64,000 bases of DNA, taken from positions 15,369-79,368 of the forward strand of contig CAYRUR010000005.1 of the NCBI GenBank assembly GCA_964427615.1, in the 5' to 3' direction. This document shows, one piece after another, positions 9,229 to 19,098 of the stretch. A program made the position numbers and the translations under genes. The stretch's first letter is position 1. Each line of letters starts with the position of its first letter. This stretch comes from an uncultured Gammaproteobacteria bacterium. Its GTDB lineage: Bacteria > Patescibacteriota > Microgenomatia > Levybacterales > GWA1-39-11. Below the pieces are notes generated by a model. The model was not told the DNA's origin. It saw only the letters and a program-made list of their open reading frames with translations, and searched no databases.

Positions 9229-9822
9229 ATGGAAAGAGAGGCCCTCCGGGCAATTGATATTTTAAAAAAAGGTGGCGTTATTGTTTTTCCCACAGATACT
9301 GCATTTGGAATTGGTTGCAGAGTTGATAATGAAAAAGCAGTAGAAAGAATTTTTGCGATAAAAGGAAGAGATGAGCGTAAAGCTACTCCAGTTCTGGTTT
9401 CCTCAATAGATATGGCTCAACAATATGTTGATGATATTCCCTCTGGAGCCTATCAACTGATGGAAAAATATTGGCCTGGTGCTTTGACTATTGTTTTACC
9501 CAGTACTCAAGCTCAAGTACCAACTCTGGTTACTGGTGGTAGTAATTCATTAGGGGTCAGGATGCCAGACTATTTTTTACTGTTACAAATAATTGAGGCA
9601 GTTGGTGTGCCCCTAATAGGCACTTCCGCAAATCTCTCAGGGGAAAATACACCCTTTACTGTTGAAGGACTTAATCCTTCTCTTGTAAGACAAGTAGATA
9701 TGGTTCTTTCCGGATCATGTAAAATAAAACAGCCGTCAACGGTTGTAGATTACACACAAACTCCTTATCGGATTTTGAGAGAAGGTGCGATACGGTTGGA
9801 GAAAGAGATTCAAGATTTATGA
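9229..9822 (+). CDS. tsaC: L-threonylcarbamoyladenylate synthase (YrdC/Sua5 family)
   Basis: 197 aa. VIVFPTDTAFGIGCRVDNEKAVERIFAIKGRDERKATPVLV matches the YrdC fold. Confidence 0.8.
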   Translation: MEREALRAIDILKKGGVIVFPTDTAFGIGCRVDNEKAVERIFAIKGRDERKATPVLVSSIDMAQQYVDDIPSGAYQLMEKYWPGALTIVLPSTQAQVPTLVTGGSNSLGVRMPDYFLLLQIIEAVGVPLIGTSANLSGENTPFTVEGLNPSLVRQVDMVLSGSCKIKQPSTVVDYTQTPYRILREGAIRLEKEIQDL

Positions 9823-9990
9823 TTCAGGAATAAGAATTACGAATTAGGAATTAAGAGAAGAAAACAGAAATCAGAGAGCAGAAAACAAGCGTCATTGCGA
9901 GTAATCCTGAGCTTGTCGAAGGAGAAGCAATCCCCTTACCTACAGGGATCGCCACAGGAACTAATCGTTCCTTCGCGATGACGAGGTAGT
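9822..9990. repeat. Composite intergenic repeat region between tsaC and tsaB, containing copy B of the GC-rich element with ~12-nt imperfect flanking inverted repeats
   Basis: 9827-9862 gattcaggaataag... module; ~9867 aaatcagagagcagaaaacaag; 9903-9923 atcctgagcttgtcgaagga; 9927-9985 matches the reverse complement of 541-598. cgtcattgcgag (9890-9901) and its partner cttcgcgatgacgag (9971-9985) form an imperfect inverted repeat. Confidence 0.55.
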
Positions 9991-10038
9991 TCACTCTTTA
10001 GAATTTCGAATTTAGTGCTTAGAATTGAACATTTAACC

Positions 10039-10359
10039 ATGAATATCCTATCTATTGATACATCAAATAATAAAGAAATAGTAGTAACGTTGACAGTGGG
10101 TGGTAAAGGCTTTGAAGAAAGGCTTGCTCAGCATAAATCAGGTGCAGAGGAAACCCTTATTTTAATAGAAAAACTGCTTAAAGAAAGTGCTATTACACTC
10201 AAAGATATAGAAATGATAACGGTACATACAGGGCCTGGTTCTTTTACAGGCCTTCGAGTAGGGGTAGCAATTGCCAACGCACTCTCTTTTTCTTTGGGTA
10301 TACCAGTCAATGACAAAAAGAATGGGGAAATTGAAATTCCTATCTATAATCCTCTATGA
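10039..10359 (+). CDS. tsaB: TsaB (YeaZ)-like t6A protein, N-terminal domain only (about half normal length)
   Basis: MNILSIDTSNN...TVHTGPGSFTGLRVGVAIANALSFSLGIPV matches the TsaB N-terminal actin-like subdomain. Ends after ~107 aa. The track ORF starts at 10015; the ATG at 10039 is the preferred start. Confidence 0.6.
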   Translation: MNILSIDTSNNKEIVVTLTVGGKGFEERLAQHKSGAEETLILIEKLLKESAITLKDIEMITVHTGPGSFTGLRVGVAIANALSFSLGIPVNDKKNGEIEIPIYNPL

Positions 10360-10368
10360 TAGTAAAGT

Positions 10369-11337
10369 ATGCGAAAGTTTTTCTATCAGCTCTTTGTTCC
10401 CCATTCACGCAATAACCATAGAGCCAAGGTCCTTCATCATACCAGTATCATAGTACTTACCTTTCTTGTTCTTGCTTTTAGCCTTTTTATTATTAAGGTA
10501 GAACATACTCACCCTAATATTTTAGGCGTTTCCTACTCCATAACTGCTCAAGAATTGTTGGATATCACGAATAAAGATAGAGCAGAAAAAGGTCTACACC
10601 CTCTTGTGTTGAGTGAGAAGCTTTCTAGTGCTGCACGGTGGAAAGCTGACAATATGTTCCAAAATAATTATTGGGCTCATTTTGCTCCAGACGGTACTTC
10701 TCCCTGGGATTTTATTAAAAATTCAGGATACGACTATGCCTATGCAGGAGAAAATTTAGCCAAAGGATTTACCCATTCTGAAGCAGTAGTCAAGGCGTGG
10801 ATGGAATCTGAAAGTCATAGGGAAAATATGTTGTCAGATAAATATAAAGAAGTAGGTTTTGCAATTGTGGAAGGACATTTATTGGGAGAAGAAACAGTAC
10901 TTATTGTAGAAATGTTTGGAGCAGAAGCTGGATCATCTGCTGTTGCTACTTCTCAAAACGCAGCTACTACTCAGCATGTTGCAGCTGCCTCTGTTCCTAC
11001 AAAAGCAGCTGCAGAACCTGTTGCTCCTGTTTCAGCACCGGTTATTACACCTATCGCAAAAGCAGAAGTTGAAAAAAAAGAGAATGTTTTTCGTATGCCT
11101 TCCATCACCTTACCAGCATTGAAAGTAGAATCATCTCCGCTGATTGATGTGGTCTCTATTACAAGGCTAGTAGGTATAGTCGTTTTCTTTATTCTCATAG
11201 CAACTTTTTTGGTGGATTTAGCGGTAGTGGAGAAAAGGAAAATTCCTAGAACAGTTGGTCATAACTTTGATCATATTTTAATTTTGTCTCTTGCTTTAAT
11301 TGTTTTTTTATTGCAAAAGACAGGAGGAATTATTTAA
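10369..11337 (+). CDS. CAP/SCP/PR-1 domain protein with N- and C-terminal TM segments
   Basis: YWAHFAPDGTSPWDFIKNSGYDYAYAGENLAKGF...AWMESESHRENML is CAP-domain-like. Ala/Pro-rich linker, then C-terminal TM. Confidence 0.7.
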   Translation: MRKFFYQLFVPHSRNNHRAKVLHHTSIIVLTFLVLAFSLFIIKVEHTHPNILGVSYSITAQELLDITNKDRAEKGLHPLVLSEKLSSAARWKADNMFQNNYWAHFAPDGTSPWDFIKNSGYDYAYAGENLAKGFTHSEAVVKAWMESESHRENMLSDKYKEVGFAIVEGHLLGEETVLIVEMFGAEAGSSAVATSQNAATTQHVAAASVPTKAAAEPVAPVSAPVITPIAKAEVEKKENVFRMPSITLPALKVESSPLIDVVSITRLVGIVVFFILIATFLVDLAVVEKRKIPRTVGHNFDHILILSLALIVFLLQKTGGII

Positions 11338-11350
11338 AAGTTTGTGGTTT

Positions 11351-11617
11351 ATGAAGAAATTTTTATTACATCATCATCGTTGGTATTTGCTTGAAGTGGT
11401 ATTTTTGTTATTTGGTTTTTTCCTGGTTTATTTATTCTCATATGATGTCTCGTTGCAATTTATGCTCTTAGTCTTTATACTATTGTCGTACATTACAACT
11501 GGCTTTATTCATCATTTTATACATCATGATTTAAAAGCAAAAGTTGTGTTAGAATACGTCTTAATTAGCTTATTGATATTAAGCGCATTCGTATTATTAA
11601 ATAGCTCACGATTATGA
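11351..11617 (+). CDS. small His-rich integral membrane protein (hypothetical)
   Basis: ~88 aa from the ATG at 11351, 2-3 TMs, HHH and HHFIHH clusters. Immediately precedes rmlA. Confidence 0.35.
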   Translation: MKKFLLHHHRWYLLEVVFLLFGFFLVYLFSYDVSLQFMLLVFILLSYITTGFIHHFIHHDLKAKVVLEYVLISLLILSAFVLLNSSRL

Positions 11618-12348
11618 AAGGAATTATATTAGCAGGGGGTAAGGCAACACGATTACGTCCTCTTACCAAAATTACCTCAAAACAATTGCTTCCAATTTAT
11701 AATAAACCTATGATTTTTTATCCAATTAATACGCTTGTAAAAGCAGGGATAAAAGATATCCTTATTATTGTTGCTCCTGATTATGCTGGACATTTTTTGA
11801 ATCTCCTTGGTTCTGGGTCAGAGTTTGGTGCAAAGTTTAGTTATGAAATTCAGGAAGAACCAGCAGGACTCGCTCAGGCATTTCTTATAGGAGAGAATTT
11901 TATCGGAAACGACAATGTTACCATGATTTTAGGAGATAATATTTTTGAGCATGACTTCACTGAAAGTATTGCAAATTTTGAACATGGAGGACGCATCTTT
12001 GCCAAAAAAGTCCCAGATCCTGAGCGATTTGGAGTTGTTGAATTTGATGGACAGAATAAGGTTATCTCAATTGTTGAGAAACCAGAAAAGCCTGCAAGTG
12101 ATTATGCAGTTGTTGGAATCTATATTTATGATAACAATGTTGTTAAATATGCAAAAAGCCTAAAACCATCAGTAAGAGGTGAAATAGAAATCACGGATTT
12201 AAATAATATTTACCTAAAAAATGGTGAGTTAAAAGTGGATATCATAGAAGGACTATGGGAAGATGCGGGAACATTTGATAGTCTTCTTCGTGCAAATAAC
12301 TTAATTGCAGACAAAATAAAAGCAGGTGAAAATTTCTTTAACCTATAG
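11614..12348 (+). CDS. rmlA: glucose-1-phosphate thymidylyltransferase (short form)
   Basis: MKGIILAGGKATRLRPLTKITSKQLLPIYNKPMIFYPI matches the RmlA/RfbA N-terminus. Confidence 0.85.
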   Translation: MKGIILAGGKATRLRPLTKITSKQLLPIYNKPMIFYPINTLVKAGIKDILIIVAPDYAGHFLNLLGSGSEFGAKFSYEIQEEPAGLAQAFLIGENFIGNDNVTMILGDNIFEHDFTESIANFEHGGRIFAKKVPDPERFGVVEFDGQNKVISIVEKPEKPASDYAVVGIYIYDNNVVKYAKSLKPSVRGEIEITDLNNIYLKNGELKVDIIEGLWEDAGTFDSLLRANNLIADKIKAGENFFNL

Positions 12349-12372
12349 AATATAATATTAGAGAAGATAATT

Positions 12373-12846
12373 ATGGAAGAGCAAAAACTTATACAAGGAG
12401 TAGAAATAAAAAAACTGGTAAGACACAGAGATGATAGAGGCTTTTTTGAAGAGCTTATTCGGGTAAGTGATCCTTTTTTTAAAGAAGGTTTTGGACAGTT
12501 ATCTCGGTCTTTAATGTTTCCGGGAGTTATTAAGGCCTGGCATGTACACAAAACACAGATTGATTGGTGGTACTGCGGAAAAGGGACATTAAAAGCAGTG
12601 TTATATGATAATCGTGAAGATTCTCCAACGTACAAAATGCTGCAAGAATTTGATTTGGGAGAAAATGGTGAGGATATGGTCTTAAAAATTCCACCAGGAG
12701 TAGCGCACGGCTGTAAAGTGATGGGTGATAGTGCAGAGCTTTACTATATAACCTCAAAAACGTATGATCCTGAAGAAGAAGGAAGAATTCCCCATGACGA
12801 TCCAAGCATTGGCTATGATTGGCTAAAACACTCGCCAATAAAATAG
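12373..12846 (+). CDS. rmlC: dTDP-4-dehydrorhamnose 3,5-epimerase (cupin)
   Basis: 157 aa with GVEIKKLVRHRDDRGFFEEL and the RmlC-like His/Tyr pattern (KAWHVHK...WWYC). Confidence 0.8.
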   Translation: MEEQKLIQGVEIKKLVRHRDDRGFFEELIRVSDPFFKEGFGQLSRSLMFPGVIKAWHVHKTQIDWWYCGKGTLKAVLYDNREDSPTYKMLQEFDLGENGEDMVLKIPPGVAHGCKVMGDSAELYYITSKTYDPEEEGRIPHDDPSIGYDWLKHSPIK

Positions 12847-12858
12847 TACTCTTTTGTA

Positions 12859-13401
12859 ATGAATACTACTAACATTCTTTCTCAGGAAGTTGTACTCCAG
12901 ACAAAGCTATTTAATGTAATTAAATCTATATTTAAATCTAAAGAGGGTAAAGTTAAAACACATTTTGATATTGAAAGAAGGCCTACGGTATCTATTTTCC
13001 CTATAACTGAAAATTACGAACTATTTCTTATATCTCAATACCGTCCCCTCTATGGAAAGAAAATATTTGAAGGAATCGCTGGGTTTGTGGAATCGGGGGA
13101 GGACATAGCAGATGCAGCAAAGAGAGAGTTACAAGAAGAAACTGGTATTGTTGCAAACAAATGGACTGATTTGGGAATAGTAGATATGTCAGCCAGTGTT
13201 ATAAAAGCTCAATCTCATATTTTCCTTGCGCAAGATTTGGAGTTTGGAGCGGATAATCCTGATGAAGGAGAAGAAATAGAGCTTATAAAAATTCCTTTAG
13301 ATGAGGCAATAGAGAAAGTTATGTCAGGAGAGATTACTGTATCCGTAAGCAAGCTGGGGATACTTATGGTGGATAGATTAAGACAGGAAGGAAAGCTATG
13401 A
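12859..13401 (+). CDS. NUDIX hydrolase
   Basis: Nudix box GFVESGEDIADAAKRELQEETGI. Confidence 0.75.
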   Translation: MNTTNILSQEVVLQTKLFNVIKSIFKSKEGKVKTHFDIERRPTVSIFPITENYELFLISQYRPLYGKKIFEGIAGFVESGEDIADAAKRELQEETGIVANKWTDLGIVDMSASVIKAQSHIFLAQDLEFGADNPDEGEEIELIKIPLDEAIEKVMSGEITVSVSKLGILMVDRLRQEGKL

Positions 13402-13937
13402 GCAAAGTATCTGCTAACTGGAAAAAAGTAAGTGAAAAAATCTTAGTTGATAATAAATACATTTCTATTTGGGAAGAGGATGTCCTGCAGCCAAATGGAA
13501 AAATTGCCACGTATTATGTAAATAGAAGAACGCCATATAGTGTGATTATTCCCATGAAAGGAGACACTCTCTACATGGTAAAGCAATTTAGATATCCGGT
13601 AAATACGATATCACTTGAATTTCCTATGGGGCATGTAGAGGGTAAATCGCCTCTGGAAACAGCACAAATAGAACTTTTAGAAGAGACTGGTATACAAGCA
13701 GGTGAGCTGGTTGAAATTGGCAAATTTTGGGTTGCTCCAGGAAGAAGCAGTCAATGGGCATATGTGTATGTAGCAAAAGATTTGAGTTTTCATGAAGCAC
13801 AGCCTGAGGAGGGAGAGTTTTTTGAACTTGAAAAGTATACTTTTGCCGAAATTAGAGACATGATTGCCAAAGGAAAAATCCTTGACGCTACCAGTATTGT
13901 AGCGTATCATTATCTGGAGAATTACTTAAAGCAATAA
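13398..13937 (+). CDS. NUDIX hydrolase (tandem paralog)
   Basis: Nudix box MGHVEGKSPLETAQIELLEETGI. Overlaps the previous stop by 4 bp. Confidence 0.75.
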   Translation: MSKVSANWKKVSEKILVDNKYISIWEEDVLQPNGKIATYYVNRRTPYSVIIPMKGDTLYMVKQFRYPVNTISLEFPMGHVEGKSPLETAQIELLEETGIQAGELVEIGKFWVAPGRSSQWAYVYVAKDLSFHEAQPEEGEFFELEKYTFAEIRDMIAKGKILDATSIVAYHYLENYLKQ

Positions 13938-13939
13938 TT

Positions 13940-14956
13940 ATGAAATTACTGGTTACCGGAGGAGCAGGTTTTATAGGCTCCAACTTTATTTTGTACTGGA
14001 TGAAGCAACATCCAGAGGATGAAGTGGTAAATCTTGATGCTCTTACCTATGCTGGTAATCTTGAGAACCTTAAAAGCGTAGAAGATAATCCTCACTACAC
14101 CTTTATTCATGCAGATATTACAGATCCAGAAGCAGTGGCAAAAGCAATGGAAGGAATAGATATTGTGGTCCATTTTGCTGCTGAAAGTCATGTGGATAGA
14201 TCTATCCTTGAGCCATTTCCTTTTGTAAAAACAAATGTCTTAGGTACACAAGTGCTGTTGGATGCAGCATTAAAGGCAAATGTAAAACGCTTTCACCATA
14301 TCTCAACTGATGAGGTGTTCGGAACTTTACAATTGGGAAGTCCTGAGCGATTTAGTGAGGCAACTCCCTATGATCCGCGCAGTCCATATGCTGCAAGCAA
14401 AGCAGGGTCAGATCATTTGGTGAGAGCCTATCACGAAACATACGGGTTGCCCATAAGTATCACCAATTGCTCCAATAATTTTGGACCCTATCATTTCCCT
14501 GAAAAATTGATTCCGCTTGCTATTACCAATCTGCTTGAAGGCAAAAAAGTACCGATATATGGAAACGGGATGCAGGTAAGAGATTGGTTGTATGTTGAAG
14601 ACCATGCGCGTGCAGTTGAAGCAGTGCTTTTGAAAGGAAAGATTGGAGAAACGTATGTTGTAGGGGGACAAACAGAGGATATTCCTAATATTGAGGTAGT
14701 AAGAAAGATTATCGCGCTTTTAGGAAAAGACGAAAGTGCTATTGAGCATGTAAAAGATAGACCAGGACATGATGTGCGCTATGCCATGAATTGGACCAAA
14801 ATAAAAACAGAACTTGGATGGGAACCACAGCATGATTTTGATACCTGGCTTGAAAAGACAGTTGAGTGGTATAAAAATAACCAAGACTGGTGGAAAAAAG
14901 TAAAATCAGGAGAATACCAAACATATTACGCAAAAAACTACGGACAGAACATATGA
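13940..14956 (+). CDS. rmlB: dTDP-glucose 4,6-dehydratase
   Basis: MKLLVTGGAGFIGSNF, catalytic YAASKAGSDHLVRAY, 338 aa. Confidence 0.9.
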   Translation: MKLLVTGGAGFIGSNFILYWMKQHPEDEVVNLDALTYAGNLENLKSVEDNPHYTFIHADITDPEAVAKAMEGIDIVVHFAAESHVDRSILEPFPFVKTNVLGTQVLLDAALKANVKRFHHISTDEVFGTLQLGSPERFSEATPYDPRSPYAASKAGSDHLVRAYHETYGLPISITNCSNNFGPYHFPEKLIPLAITNLLEGKKVPIYGNGMQVRDWLYVEDHARAVEAVLLKGKIGETYVVGGQTEDIPNIEVVRKIIALLGKDESAIEHVKDRPGHDVRYAMNWTKIKTELGWEPQHDFDTWLEKTVEWYKNNQDWWKKVKSGEYQTYYAKNYGQNI

Positions 14957-15810
14957 AAATCGCAGTAATTGGAGGAAATGGTCTTGTCGGATCTCGTGTT
15001 GTTGAACTGCTTGAAGATAAATATACCTTTGTTCAATTAAGTAGAACTACTGGTGTTGATATATTACAGCCGGAGACATTAAAAGTGCTAGATGATGCCT
15101 CAATTGATCTTGTGCTGCACATGGCAGCCTATACAAATGTAGATGGGGCAGAGGAGGATAAGGACTTAGGTGAGCAGAGTCAAGCGTGGAAGGTAAATGT
15201 TACCGGTACTAAAAACATTGTAGAAGCATGTTTGAAAGCCAATAAAAAGATAATCTATATCTCAACTGATTTTATTTTTGATGGAGAAAAAGGACGCTAT
15301 ACTGAGGAAGATACTCCAAATCCTGTAAATTGGTATGGTAAGACAAAGTATGAAGGTGAAAACATCGTAAAAGAGTCAGGTTTGAAGTATGTGATTGCCA
15401 GAATTGCATATCCTTACAGAACTGCTTTTGAGAAAAAAGATTTTATGCGAGCGATAAAATCGCGACTTGAGAGTGGACAGACGGTTAAAGCAGTTACGGA
15501 TCATATTTTTACTCCTACTTTTATTGATGATGTTGCCTACGCAATTGAAGCACTTATTATAGGAGAGAAAGAAGGAATATTTCATATAGTGGGAAGCCAA
15601 AGTCTTTCTCCTTATGAGGCTGCTTTAAGGATTGCAGATAGTTTTGGATTGGACAAAAAGTTAATATTTCCGACGACCAGAAAAGAGTATTTTGCCAGTG
15701 GTGCAAAACGTCCCTTTGATCTTTCTTTAGAAAATGGTAAAATAAGAAGTCTTGGAATCAAGATGTCTTCATTTGAAGAAGGACTGGTAGCAGCAAAAAG
15801 ACAATTATGA
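14953..15810 (+). CDS. rmlD: dTDP-4-dehydrorhamnose reductase
   Basis: MKIAVIGGNGLVGSRV Rossmann start at the ATG at 14953 (the track ORF opens at GTG 14890 inside rmlB). ~285 aa, typical of RmlD. Confidence 0.8.
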   Translation: MKIAVIGGNGLVGSRVVELLEDKYTFVQLSRTTGVDILQPETLKVLDDASIDLVLHMAAYTNVDGAEEDKDLGEQSQAWKVNVTGTKNIVEACLKANKKIIYISTDFIFDGEKGRYTEEDTPNPVNWYGKTKYEGENIVKESGLKYVIARIAYPYRTAFEKKDFMRAIKSRLESGQTVKAVTDHIFTPTFIDDVAYAIEALIIGEKEGIFHIVGSQSLSPYEAALRIADSFGLDKKLIFPTTRKEYFASGAKRPFDLSLENGKIRSLGIKMSSFEEGLVAAKRQL

Positions 15811-17099
15811 AAATAACATTTATTGGACATGGCTATGTAGGACTAGTAACTGCAGCTATTTTTGCAGACCTCGGTAACACCGTTTACGTTATTGGACGCA
15901 CCCCCTCAAAGATTGAGAATTTAAAAAAAGGCATTATTCCTATTTATGAGTCAGGATTGGCAGAGATTGTACAAAGAAATGTAGAGGCAGGTAGGCTTCA
16001 GTTTTCTCTTGATTACGAACCTTTTATTCAGGACTCAGAAATTGTATTTACTGCTGTAGGTACTCCTCCTAAAGAAAATGGTGAAGCAAATCTTTCTTTT
16101 GTCATGGAAGTTATTGAAAAGATAGCTAAGAATCTTTCTGGATACACCGTTATTGCTACTAAAAGTACAGTGCCAGTGGGAACTAACAAAGTAGTGCGTG
16201 AAATTATTGAAAAACACAAACCTGCTGATGCAACATATGATATTGCTTCAGTGCCGGAATTTTTACGAGAAGGATCAGCCATTTCTGATACTATGCATCC
16301 TGACAGAATTGTTATAGGAACCGACAGTCAAAAAGCCCAAGATTTATTAGTACAGCTGCACAAACCAATTGATGGAGAACTGGTTCTTACAAATCTTGAA
16401 ACAGCAGAGATGATTAAGTATGCTGCTAACTCTTTCCTGGCTACTAAAATTTCATTTGCCAATGCAATTGCAGAACTATCAGAACGGGTAGGTGCTGATG
16501 CATTAAAGGTTATGGAAGGCATTGGCGTTGATAAAAGAATCGGAAAATTATTCTTACAGCCTGGAGCAGGCTACGGTGGAAGCTGTTTTCCAAAAGATGT
16601 GAAAGCCCTGATTGCAATTGCAAAACAAAATGGCTATGACTTCAAGCTCCTTGAAGAAGTTGAAGAAATCAATGCTGCTGCACGAGAAAAAATTGTTAAA
16701 AAAATAGAATCAGCAGTAGGAGACCTGAAAGGAAAGAACATTGGTGTATTAGGTCTGGCTTTCAAACCTGACACTGATGACATGCGGGATGCTCCTTCAA
16801 TCACCATTATCCATGCACTGAAAGAAAAAGGTGCATATGTAAAAGCCTATGACCCTCAAGCTGCTGAGAATGCAAAGCTGGTAATCAATGGAGTTGATGA
16901 GTATGCTGAGAATATGTATGAAGCTGTACAGGATGCTGATGCCATGGTAGTAGTTACTGACTGGAATGAATTTAAGGAAATCGATTTTGAGAAAGTAAAG
17001 CACGCCATGCGCTCTCCTATTGTTATTGATGGAAGAAACATCTATGAACCTGAGCAAATGAAAGAACGAGGGTTTGCATACCAAGGTGTTGGCAGATAA
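15807..17099 (+). CDS. ugd: UDP-glucose 6-dehydrogenase
   Basis: MKITFIGHGYVGLVTAAIFADLGN; catalytic Cys region GGSCFPKDV; 430 aa. Confidence 0.85.
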   Translation: MKITFIGHGYVGLVTAAIFADLGNTVYVIGRTPSKIENLKKGIIPIYESGLAEIVQRNVEAGRLQFSLDYEPFIQDSEIVFTAVGTPPKENGEANLSFVMEVIEKIAKNLSGYTVIATKSTVPVGTNKVVREIIEKHKPADATYDIASVPEFLREGSAISDTMHPDRIVIGTDSQKAQDLLVQLHKPIDGELVLTNLETAEMIKYAANSFLATKISFANAIAELSERVGADALKVMEGIGVDKRIGKLFLQPGAGYGGSCFPKDVKALIAIAKQNGYDFKLLEEVEEINAAAREKIVKKIESAVGDLKGKNIGVLGLAFKPDTDDMRDAPSITIIHALKEKGAYVKAYDPQAAENAKLVINGVDEYAENMYEAVQDADAMVVVTDWNEFKEIDFEKVKHAMRSPIVIDGRNIYEPEQMKERGFAYQGVGR

Positions 17100-18050
17100 G
17101 TGAGTAAAAAAGTCTTTATTACCGGTATTACAGGATTTGCAGGGAGTTTCCTCTCAGAATATCTTTTAACCAAAGGATATACAGTTGCCGGAGTTGTTCG
17201 TCCTCACACTCAAGAAAATAAGCAGCTCAAAAATGTTACCTATTTTGAAGCAGATTTACTCGATTCTTCCTCGACTGCTGCTATTATCTCTGAATATAAG
17301 CCGGATTTTGTGTATCACTTAGCGGCACTTTCTTCTCCAGCAGAAAGTTTTCAGCACCCTGCCAGTACTCTGACAAATAATATAACTGCTGAAGTTAATG
17401 TGCTTGAGGCACTACGTAAAAACAATCTATTACAGACAAAAGTGCTCGTTGTATCATCAGGAGAAATATATGGAGCAGTTGCATCTCAGGACTTACCCGT
17501 GAATGAGCAAGTATCTTTAAAACCTATGAGTCCGTATGGTGTTTCAAAAATTACCCAAGATTTTCTGGGGTTACAATACTTTCTCTCTTACAAGATGCCA
17601 ATTGTACGTGTGAGGCCTTTTAATCATATTGGACCACGTCAAACTGCTCATTTTGTAGTGGCTGCTTTTGCCAAACAAATTGCAGAAATTGAAAAAGGGA
17701 AAAAAGAGGCGGTATTAAAAGTGGGTAATTTAGAGGCAAAACGGGATTTTACTGATGTACGAGATATTGTAAGAGCGTATGAGTTGGTACTAACAAAGGG
17801 AAAAGCAGGAGAAGTATATAATATCGGATCTGGCAAGTCATACAAGATTGCTGATATTTTAGAGGGTTTGCTCCAGTTATCAAAAGTTACTATCACTATT
17901 GAAAAAGATCAGAAATTACTGCGACCCAGTGATATTCCTGAAATTGTTTGTGATAACACAAAAATACAGCAGGAAACAGGATGGAAACCTGAAATAACAC
18001 TTGATGAATCGCTCAAAGATGTCCTAGACTATTGGAGAAATATTGTTTAA
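17100..18050 (+). CDS. NAD-dependent GDP-4-keto-6-deoxy-D-mannose reductase-like (Rmd/Gmd-like short-chain dehydrogenase)
   Basis: GTG start. VFITGITGFAGSFLSEYLL, YGVSK catalytic dyad, 316 aa, immediately upstream of gmd. Confidence 0.6.
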   Translation: MSKKVFITGITGFAGSFLSEYLLTKGYTVAGVVRPHTQENKQLKNVTYFEADLLDSSSTAAIISEYKPDFVYHLAALSSPAESFQHPASTLTNNITAEVNVLEALRKNNLLQTKVLVVSSGEIYGAVASQDLPVNEQVSLKPMSPYGVSKITQDFLGLQYFLSYKMPIVRVRPFNHIGPRQTAHFVVAAFAKQIAEIEKGKKEAVLKVGNLEAKRDFTDVRDIVRAYELVLTKGKAGEVYNIGSGKSYKIADILEGLLQLSKVTITIEKDQKLLRPSDIPEIVCDNTKIQQETGWKPEITLDESLKDVLDYWRNIV

Positions 18051-19034
<984 letters not shown>

Positions 19035-19098
19035 AGCTTGTATCATTTCTACACCAGACAGATATAGTACACATCATGCAAATGTTTAGATTTCTCCT

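Noticed and set aside
9898-9925. ctgagcttgtcgaa motif checked as a hammerhead ribozyme core
   Set aside because: It lacks the CUGAnGA ... GAAA catalytic core arrangement. It is only a superficial resemblance.
14890-14952. Long N-terminal extension of rmlD in the ORF track (GTG at 14890)
   Set aside because: The extension overlaps the rmlB 3' end in another frame and precedes the conserved Rossmann start MKIAVIGG at ATG 14953. The shorter start is preferred.
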